NCBI GenBank assembly: GCA_046351215.1
Contig: JAXLYX010000019.1
Location: 1-64,000, forward strand
DNA length: 64,000 bases
From: Polyangiales bacterium
GTDB taxonomy: Bacteria > Myxococcota_A > Polyangia > Polyangiales > Houyiibacteriaceae
Direction of reading: 5' to 3'
Positions 31,743-38,636 of the stretch are shown here, piece after piece (the stretch's first letter is position 1; every line of letters starts with the position of its first letter). Under the pieces are notes generated by a model that was not told the origin of the DNA, made no database searches, and saw only the letters and a program-made list of their open reading frames with translations. Both the position numbers and the translations under genes were made by a program.

Positions 31743-33301
31743 ATCTTCAGCGTGTCCGCCGCGGCCTTCCGGTCGAAGGGCGAATCGGCGAGCTCGGAGC
31801 GCGTCGAGATCTTCGCGAAGAGCTCGTCGAGGTAGTGGTAGAAGTCCGTGCACTCGGCCACGGATTCGTCGAGGCGCGCCGGGTCGAGCAGGTCCACGTC
31901 GCGGAGCGACTCGAGCGCCGCGAGGAAGCGATCGAGACGCTGGTAGTCGGAGAGCCTCACGAGCTGGTAGCCGATCGCGCGGAAGTGCACCAGGAATTCG
32001 CGGACGAACTGGAAGCTCGCCGAGCCCACCCACCGGTCCGGATCGGACGGCGCCGCGTGGGCCTTCGCGAGGAAGGCGCGGAGGATCTGCGTGAACATCC
32101 AGACGTCACGGCGCAGCCGCTCGCTCGTCGCGCGTCGCACGCCGAGGTCGTCGTCGAGGATGGGCGGAGGCCGCGTCGGCTCGAGCTCCCGGCAGAGCGT
32201 CGCGATCGCGTGGTGGATCGCGCTGCGGAGGCTCGCGGAGGCCAGGCGGAGCTGCCGAGCGAGCTCGTCGTCGGCGACCGCGTCGTCCGGAGCCGGGAGA
32301 TCCCGTTCGAAGACGCGGCGCACCTCGACGCGCAGCGTGGTCGCGAGGCTCTCGAGCGAGCGGCGTAGCGAGACGAGGTCGCTCGCCTGCGAGACCAGGA
32401 GGTCGTAGCGCTCGTGCATGAGGGAGGCGGGCGTCGCGAGCAGCTCCCGCTCGAAGCCCGCGGCCATGCGATCCCCGGCGCGACCCGTGAGGAAGCGGGC
32501 GAGCGCGCGGAGGTCGCTGCGCAGCACCGAGAGCACCACGTACGAGCGACGCGTGGTCTCCGGCTTCTCGGCGTATTCCTCGACGAGGCGCAGGTAGCGG
32601 AGCGCCCGGAAGAGGGCGAGGAAGCAGAGGGCCGAGACGCGGTGCGCGGCGTCGTTCTCGACGCGGTGCAGGATCTCGAGGACCTCGGCGTTCCGTATCC
32701 GGTCGAACTCCGTGCGGAACTCGAGCGTGACGAGGGGGTTGAAGTAGGTGTTGCGCCCGATCTCCCGGACGACGGTGCCGAGCAGGGCGACGTAGAGACG
32801 ATGCGGGATGCGGCCGAGGCGGAGCATGCCGTCGGCCATCTCGAGGAAGCTCGAGAAGGTGTTCCGCAGGAGGAAGAGCGACTCCTCCGGCGTGTCCTGC
32901 GTGAGCTGCTCCTGGATCAGTCGGCTGCGCTCGGAGTCCTCGGGCAGGACCGACTCGAGGTAGCGGCTGAAGACGTAGGCGCGATCCTTCGGTCCGAGCA
33001 GCGCGCGGACCTGCGTGATCGATTCGTCGAGCGCGTCGCGGACGATCCGCAGCTCGTCGTGGAAGTCGTGCGCGACGGCCGCGGTCTTGCGCACCGGACC
33101 CGGATGGTTCCTCGGGTTCCCGAAGCAGGCGAAGCCCTTGAGGAGCATCTCGAGCTCGAAGAGGGTCTCCTCCTTCCGATCCCAGGGAAGGGAGGTGTAC
33201 CAACTGTCGCGGATCTCTCCCTGTTCGCGACGGAGGCCGCGGGTGTCCCGGAGCAGGTTCGCGTAGACGTCGCGGGACGGCAGCGAGATGGCGCGCGGCA
33301 T
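31724..33301 (-). CDS. Hypothetical protein (525 aa, predicted all-alpha), no recognisable motif
   Basis: Long ORF with non-repetitive, non-low-complexity sequence. Same strand as and 17 bp downstream of the SRPBCC-domain gene. 19-bp convergent overlap with the DUF4388 response regulator gene. Confidence 0.5.
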   Translation of the reverse strand: MPRAISLPSRDVYANLLRDTRGLRREQGEIRDSWYTSLPWDRKEETLFELEMLLKGFACFGNPRNHPGPVRKTAAVAHDFHDELRIVRDALDESITQVRALLGPKDRAYVFSRYLESVLPEDSERSRLIQEQLTQDTPEESLFLLRNTFSSFLEMADGMLRLGRIPHRLYVALLGTVVREIGRNTYFNPLVTLEFRTEFDRIRNAEVLEILHRVENDAAHRVSALCFLALFRALRYLRLVEEYAEKPETTRRSYVVLSVLRSDLRALARFLTGRAGDRMAAGFERELLATPASLMHERYDLLVSQASDLVSLRRSLESLATTLRVEVRRVFERDLPAPDDAVADDELARQLRLASASLRSAIHHAIATLCRELEPTRPPPILDDDLGVRRATSERLRRDVWMFTQILRAFLAKAHAAPSDPDRWVGSASFQFVREFLVHFRAIGYQLVRLSDYQRLDRFLAALESLRDVDLLDPARLDESVAECTDFYHYLDELFAKISTRSELADSPFDRKAAADTLKIYLGAA

Positions 33302-33317
33302 GGGGGCCGCGATCCTA

Positions 33318-34397
33318 TCAATGCAGGCTGGCCCCGGCTACGGGCGTCGCGAAGGGGGCGACACCGCGGTCGAAGCCCTGCCGCACGGCACGGACCAGGG
33401 CCGCGTCCGGCTCGGGCCGTGGTGCGAAGGGACGCCGGGACGGAGGCTCGACGAGGACGGCCGCGAGGTGCTCGCCGAGCTCGTAGACGTCGGCCCGGAA
33501 TCGCGCGGGATCGCAGAGCCCGCGGTAGCTGGCCGCGTGGAGCTCGAGCACGAGCTTCGGCAGCTCGCCGTCCGCGAACGCCGCGAGGGCTCGCCGGCCC
33601 AGCTGGGCCACGGTGTCTTCGGGGCGCACGGTGGCGAAGGCGCGGGCGTACGCCGGAGCCACCGCGCCGCTCGAACGCCCGAGGCTGCGCGCGAGGCTCG
33701 CCTCGAAGCCCTGCGCGATCGGCGGCAGGAGCCGGAGGACGAAGCCGGGCTGGAGATAGACCTCGCCCCGGCGGACCTCGTCGACCACGGCGTGGATCGC
33801 GAGGGCGAGGCCGGTCGCCATGCCGGCGCGGTCGTCGTTCGTGGCGCGGAGCTCCTCGGCCAGGGCGACGAGCCGCTCCTCGGCGCGTTCCGCCTCGAGC
33901 CGGAGGGCCGGGAGCCGGGGGGCCTCGTCGAGATCCCGTCGCGGGGGGTACGGGCTCGCCGTCCGCACCTGGGAGGAGAGCTCGACCAGGCGATCCAGGC
34001 TCGACGCGAGCTCGTGGCCGAGGTGCAGACGGGCCGGGAGCGAGAGCAGGGGGCCGCGGAGGTCGACCTCGACCTTCCACTCCACGCGGGTCCGGTTCGG
34101 GCCGAGGGGTCGGAGGACGACCTCCGTGCGATGCCCGCGTATCACACCCGAGCCCACGGCCCGGAACCCGAGGCGCCGCCCCGGCTCCGCATCGACCACC
34201 ACCTCCTCGAGGCTGCCGTGCCGGCCGGGGAGCCCGACGGAGCGGAGGGCGCCGATACCGTTCGGATGCCCGCCGTCCCCCGGCGCGACCGTGCGGATGG
34301 GCGAGGTCGACCAGCGGTTCAAGGCCGACGGGTCGACGAGGAGCCCGAAGGCCACGGCCGGGCTGCAGGCGAGATCGCGATGGAGCTGGAAGAGCAT
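33318..34397 (-). CDS. SRPBCC (START/Bet v1/polyketide-cyclase-like) ligand-binding domain protein with C-terminal helical extension
   Basis: N-terminal about 150 aa 'SPAVAFGLLVDPSALNRWST...RLGFRAVGSGVIRGHRTEVVLRPLGPNRTRVEW' is typical of the SRPBCC fold. Located downstream of squalene monooxygenase. Confidence 0.5.
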   Translation of the reverse strand: MLFQLHRDLACSPAVAFGLLVDPSALNRWSTSPIRTVAPGDGGHPNGIGALRSVGLPGRHGSLEEVVVDAEPGRRLGFRAVGSGVIRGHRTEVVLRPLGPNRTRVEWKVEVDLRGPLLSLPARLHLGHELASSLDRLVELSSQVRTASPYPPRRDLDEAPRLPALRLEAERAEERLVALAEELRATNDDRAGMATGLALAIHAVVDEVRRGEVYLQPGFVLRLLPPIAQGFEASLARSLGRSSGAVAPAYARAFATVRPEDTVAQLGRRALAAFADGELPKLVLELHAASYRGLCDPARFRADVYELGEHLAAVLVEPPSRRPFAPRPEPDAALVRAVRQGFDRGVAPFATPVAGASLH

Positions 34398-34693
34398 CGG
34401 CGACCGAGGTTAGCGCGATCGCGGCCCCTCATCCCGTCCCGACGGCCCGTCGCTCAGCCGCCGAGCTGGCAGAAGGCGTGGACGACGGCGAGGCCGGACG
34501 AGAAGAGGAGGAGGGCCAGCGCGACGCGGGGCATGGGAACCGGGCACTTCTTGGCGCTGGGTTCGACCTGGGGGAGCTCGAGGGCTTCTTGCGTCAGGGT
34601 CATGGCCACCTCGCGACCCAGAGGGTCACGCGCGGAGAACTGGGCCCAGCCGCCCCGATCGGCAAGGGGAGGCTCGGCCGAGGTCCACGAGGG

Positions 34694-36223
34694 TCACGAA
34701 ATTCCGGCCGGGGTGGGGCGCGCCGTGACGCTCCGCTCCACCGGCACCCTGCGTTTCGCCCCGGCCGGCGCGGGAGGAGGGAGGCTCCCTCGGGCCGCGA
34801 CGGCGGCGGCGACCGCGAGAGCGCTCGCCTCGACTTTCTCGGTGGTCAAACGAATCAGGGAGAGGAGGGTGGCGAGCCGGTCGAGGAGCGCCCCCTGCTC
34901 GCGTACGACGGCATAGTACGCGGCGAGGCCGAAGACGCGGACGTACTCCTCGGCGAAGTGGGTGACCGCGACGTCGTCCCCCGAGAGCAGCGCCATGGAA
35001 GCGCGTCGCGCGCGTTCGCTGCGTCGCCAGTAGGCGAAGATCCCCTCGCGCATCGCTCGCGTCGCCGGGGACGCCGCGAGGAAGACCTCGTAGAGCGCGT
35101 CCGTGAGGATCTCGCGCGTCCGCACGAAGGGCGTGCGGGCTTCTTCGTACGCGAGCAGCGCGTCGGCCTGCGTGGGCTCGTCCGCGAGCGCTTCGACCAG
35201 CGCGACGACGTCGTTCGCGCAGACCGTCATGCCGGAGGCCGTGAGCGGATGCGAGCAGCCGGCCGCGTCTCCCACGAGCGCCGCGCCGTCGACCACGGCG
35301 CGCGGCACGCGGATCTTGTGGTTGCCGCAGACCTCGAGCTCGCCCGCGTCGATCGCACGGAGCATGGAGCTCCGCAGCGGCTCCGGCACGACGGGCACGT
35401 AGCGGGCTCGGAGCGTGTCGGCGAGCGCCTTCCGATCCTTGTCGAGCGAGGAGGGGACGTCGATGCACATGCGGACGCGCCCTCCGCCGATCGGATAGGC
35501 GAGCACGGGCCCGGGTGCCCCGAGGAATACGTGGCCGTGTCCCTCGAGGGGGAGCTCGGTGTCCTCGCAGAGCACGGCGACGGTGAACGAGAGCAGCTCG
35601 CTCTTCTCGTCGAGGCCGAGCAGCCCGCGCAGCCGTGAGTGCCTCCCTTCGGCCACGACGACGAGGGGTGCGCGGAGCTCCCGCCCGTCGGCGAGACGCA
35701 CGCCGACGACCCGGCCTCGTTCGCGGAGGACATCGGCGACCTTGGTCCCGAGCTCCATCGACACTCCGTCGAGCGCCGAGACCACGCGGCGCAGGGTCGA
35801 GACCATGTCGCGATGATCCATCGCGATCCCGGTCGCCTCGCCTGTGCCCGAGGCGGGGTACGGAAGCGGCAGCGGGGCCTCGTCCGGTCGCGTCGCGACG
35901 GCGAATCCGACGACGGGCACGCCGCCCGCCCCGAGCATCGGCGCGTGCAGCCCGAGGGACGCGAGCACGCGAGCCCCGCGCGGATGGATCAGCTCGCCGC
36001 GGAAGCGCGGGTCCGGGCCCCTGCGTGCCTCGATCAACGTGACGTTCGTGCCCCGCTTCGCGAGCGCGGCCGCCGCCACGAGTCCCGTGAACCCGCCTCC
36101 GACCACGATCGCCGTGCTCGTCTCCCCACGTCCGCGTCCTTCGTCCGAGCTCGAGAAATCCACGTGCACCTCGCCTTCGTTCGTCGAGAAAAGCGATTGA
36201 AAGGCTACGCACGTCACGGGCAT
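34694..36223 (-). CDS. Squalene monooxygenase (squalene epoxidase)-like FAD-dependent oxygenase
   Basis: 'IVVGGGFTGLVAAAAL' FAD fold, 'GDAAGCSHPLTASGMTVCANDV' (squalene-epoxidase-type GD...HP-L-T-G-G-M-T-V motif). Start taken as the ATG at 36223 ('MPVTCVAF'). The TTG at 36247 or an internal GTG are alternatives. The 748-aa overlapping frame is an artefact. Confidence 0.7.
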   Translation of the reverse strand: MPVTCVAFQSLFSTNEGEVHVDFSSSDEGRGRGETSTAIVVGGGFTGLVAAAALAKRGTNVTLIEARRGPDPRFRGELIHPRGARVLASLGLHAPMLGAGGVPVVGFAVATRPDEAPLPLPYPASGTGEATGIAMDHRDMVSTLRRVVSALDGVSMELGTKVADVLRERGRVVGVRLADGRELRAPLVVVAEGRHSRLRGLLGLDEKSELLSFTVAVLCEDTELPLEGHGHVFLGAPGPVLAYPIGGGRVRMCIDVPSSLDKDRKALADTLRARYVPVVPEPLRSSMLRAIDAGELEVCGNHKIRVPRAVVDGAALVGDAAGCSHPLTASGMTVCANDVVALVEALADEPTQADALLAYEEARTPFVRTREILTDALYEVFLAASPATRAMREGIFAYWRRSERARRASMALLSGDDVAVTHFAEEYVRVFGLAAYYAVVREQGALLDRLATLLSLIRLTTEKVEASALAVAAAVAARGSLPPPAPAGAKRRVPVERSVTARPTPAGIS

Positions 36224-36258
36224 TCGCCACGAGAATCGGTGTAGCAAGCGTTCGCCTC

Positions 36259-36345
36259 GAAACGTGTTCCTCGGCCCTGTCGGACAGGATGAATGTGCAT
36301 CGAAACGTGTTCTCTCGCGCGTCCGGTCGTCCGTGGAACGTGTTC
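36259..36345. promoter_or_regulatory. Three direct copies of GAAACGTGTTC (third copy GGAACGTGTTC) at 36259, 36302 and 36336, in the divergent squalene-monooxygenase / squalene-synthase promoter region
   Basis: Repeats seen directly in sequence, spaced 43 and 34 bp apart, in the 230-bp divergent intergenic region. Candidate transcription-factor binding sites. Confidence 0.35.
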
Positions 36346-36475
36346 ACCGGATCTGCCTCGGAACCGCCCGCCGGATGACACCGGTTCAATCGTGTATCCC
36401 GACGGCTCGCCCGCGTCTTCCGCGGTTCGCCCGAATCCCCGGAGGGGCGTCTTGAAGACGGGCTCGCGGCGGACG

Positions 36476-37417
36476 ATGAGAGGGGCGCTCGCAACGAGAG
36501 GGGAACCCGTGGCCGACCTCGACCAGCTCCTGAAAGAGACCAGCCGTACCTTCGCGCTCGCCATCCCGCTCCTTCCGGAGCCGTACCGGCGCGAGGTGAC
36601 GATCGCGTACCTGCTCTTCCGGATCGCCGACACCTTCGAGGACGCGACCCACTGGGCGCGCGAAGAGCGGATCGCGGCCCTCGAGCGCTTCGTCGAGCTC
36701 CTGCGCGCCCGCGATCGCGACGGGCTCGTGGCCGCCACGAAGCAGTGGCTCGAGCGGAGCCCCAGCGACCACGCGGGCTACCTCGAGCTCCTCGCGGAGA
36801 CGCCCGCGGTCTACGACGCCCTCGAGGCGGTCCGCTCCGAGGCGCGCGTCGCGATCGTGCACCACACGGCACGCACCGCCCTCGGCATGGCGGACGTCGT
36901 CCGCAGGGCCGATGCGCGCGGCTCGCTCGCCCTCGACGATCTCGAGGACCTCCGCCACTACTGCTACCTCGTGGCCGGCATCGTGGGCGAGCTGCTCACC
37001 GATCTCTTCGTCATCCCGCCGAGCCCGGCGGCTCGCGTCTCGCGCATCCTCCGGGAGCACGACGTCGCGTTCGGCGAGGGGCTGCAGCTCGTGAACATCC
37101 TCAAGGACGCCGACGACGACGCGAAGGAAGGCAGGACGTACCTGCCCGCCGGGGTCGCCCGGAGCGAGGTGCTCGGGCTCGCTCGCGCCGACCTCGAGCG
37201 CGCCCGTCTCTACGTCCTCGCCCTGCAGGCGGCGAAGGCCGAGCCTGGCGTCGTCGCCTTCACCGCGCTCCCGGTCCTCCTCGCCCGCGCGACCCTCGAC
37301 AAGTTGGAGGTCGAAGGACCCGGAGCGAAGATCCCGAGGTCCGAGGTCGTCGAGCTGCTCTTCGGGCTGCAGGGGGCGTTGTCGCGGGGAGAAGAGGCGA
37401 TACCCCTCAAGAACTGA
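36476..37417 (+). CDS. Squalene synthase (trans-isoprenyl diphosphate synthase, head-to-head; eukaryotic-type)
   Basis: 'LLKETSRTFALAIPLLPEPYRREVTIAYLLFRIADTFED' (domains I/II, close to the eukaryotic 'SRSFAAVI...YLVLRALDTVEDD'), 'YCYLVAGIVGELLT' and 'GEGLQLVNILKDADDDAKEGRTYLP'. Start ATG at 36476. The ORF-track frame opens at 36293, but that N-terminus is Pro/Arg-rich. Confidence 0.8.
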   Translation: MRGALATRGEPVADLDQLLKETSRTFALAIPLLPEPYRREVTIAYLLFRIADTFEDATHWAREERIAALERFVELLRARDRDGLVAATKQWLERSPSDHAGYLELLAETPAVYDALEAVRSEARVAIVHHTARTALGMADVVRRADARGSLALDDLEDLRHYCYLVAGIVGELLTDLFVIPPSPAARVSRILREHDVAFGEGLQLVNILKDADDDAKEGRTYLPAGVARSEVLGLARADLERARLYVLALQAAKAEPGVVAFTALPVLLARATLDKLEVEGPGAKIPRSEVVELLFGLQGALSRGEEAIPLKN

Positions 37418-37425
37418 GGGAAGAG

Positions 37426-37548
37426 ACGTGCACGTGCACGATCCTCGTTCACGTGCACGGGCCGTCGTGCACGTGCACGTGCACGGTTCGCGTGCACGTG
37501 GACGGTTCGCGTGCGCGTGCACGATTTGCGTGGACGTGCACGCATCTC
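37426..37548. repeat. Dense tandem array of GTGCACG / CACGTG units: (CGTGCA)n followed by about three imperfect 19-bp units of the type GTTCGCGTGCACGTGGACG
   Basis: Directly visible: 'gacgtgcacgtgcacg...cacgtgcacgg...cgtgcacgtgcacgtgcacggttcgcgtgcacgtggacggttcgcgtgcgcgtgcacgatttgcgtggacgtgcacg'. Lies between the squalene synthase stop and the start of the GST-fusion gene. Confidence 0.6.
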
Positions 37549-37567
37549 GGGGTGCTAGCGTCGAGCG

Positions 37568-38572
37568 ATGTCCTCCCTCGAGCTCCTGATCGCGAACAAG
37601 AACGTCTCCTCCTGGTCGCTGAGGGCGTACCTCGCGCTCTCCGTGGCAGGGATTCCCTTCCGGGAGACGAGGATCCCCGAGCACCTCGACGAGTCGCGGA
37701 AGTGGCTCGACGCGAAGAGCCCGTCGGGGAAGGTGCCCGTGCTGATCGACGGGGACCTCGTGATCCACGAGTCGCTCGCGATCCTCGAGTACCTCGCCGA
37801 GCTCTTCCCCGAGAAGAAGCTCTGGCCGGAGGATCGGAAGGCACGAGCCTGGGCGCGGGCGATCGCCTCCGAGATGCACGGGGGCTTCGGCGAGCTCCGG
37901 CGGAACCTGACGATGAATCTCGCGCGGCGCGAGGTCCGGGGGGAGCTCGATCCGGGCACGCAGCGCGAGGTCGATCGGATCGGGGAGATCGTCCGCGAGA
38001 CGCGTGCGAGGTTCGGCGAGGGCGGTCCGTTCCTCTTCGGCGCCTTCACGAACGCGGACGCGATGTTCGCTCCCGTCGCGTGCCGGTTCCGGACCTACGG
38101 CCTCCCGCTCGATCCCGTCACGAAGGCGTGGTGCGAGGCGATCTACGAGCTGCCGGCGCTCCGGCGGTGGGAGGCGGACGCGCTCCGCGAGGCCGAGACC
38201 GAGCCGATGATCCTCGGCGTCGGTCAGCGCGTGGACGTGCGGCCGGCCGACTACGAGCATCCGCGTCCTTCGTGGGCCGTGATCTTCGCGTCGAAGCTGA
38301 GGCAGGGGGACCCCGACTACGCCGGAGTCGCGGCGCGCATGGTCGAGCTCGCGAAGTCGTCTCCGGGCTGCCTCGGGATGGAGAGCGCGCGTGGCCCCGA
38401 CGGTCTCGGGATCACGGTCTGCTACTGGTCCTCGCCCGAGGCGATCGCCGCGTTTCGGGCGGACCTCGAGCACGCCGAGGCGCAGCGCAAGGGACGCGAG
38501 CGGTTCTACGAGGGCTTCCACCTCGTCGTGGCACGCGTGGACCGCGAGTCGCGCTTCGGAAGCCTCGCCTGA
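37568..38572 (+). CDS. Glutathione S-transferase fused to a C-terminal ABM (antibiotic-biosynthesis-monooxygenase / Dabb-like) domain
   Basis: GST N-domain 'SSWSLRAYLAL...GKVPVLIDGDLVIHESLAILEYL'. C-terminal about 100 aa 'GCLGMESARGPDGLGITVCYWSSPEAIAAFRADLEHAEAQRKGRERFYEGFHLVVARV' is ABM-like. Confidence 0.65.
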   Translation: MSSLELLIANKNVSSWSLRAYLALSVAGIPFRETRIPEHLDESRKWLDAKSPSGKVPVLIDGDLVIHESLAILEYLAELFPEKKLWPEDRKARAWARAIASEMHGGFGELRRNLTMNLARREVRGELDPGTQREVDRIGEIVRETRARFGEGGPFLFGAFTNADAMFAPVACRFRTYGLPLDPVTKAWCEAIYELPALRRWEADALREAETEPMILGVGQRVDVRPADYEHPRPSWAVIFASKLRQGDPDYAGVAARMVELAKSSPGCLGMESARGPDGLGITVCYWSSPEAIAAFRADLEHAEAQRKGRERFYEGFHLVVARVDRESRFGSLA

Positions 38573-38636
38573 AGGGGGGCGCGCGAGCCGCTCGTTCCCC
38601 CTCTGGCGGCCCGCCGTCTCCCGACTACGATGCGGC

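Noticed and set aside
34626-36872. 748-aa minus-strand ORF overlapping the squalene monooxygenase gene
   Set aside because: Different frame from the motif-bearing 517-aa ORF. Translation is Arg/Ala/Gly low-complexity and extends across the divergent promoter into the squalene synthase gene.
37426-37548. CRISPR array interpretation of the GTGCACG repeat block
   Set aside because: Units are about 6-19 bp with no unique spacers of 30-40 bp, there are no cas genes in the window, and the repeats are palindromic tandem copies. It was treated as a tandem/regulatory repeat instead.
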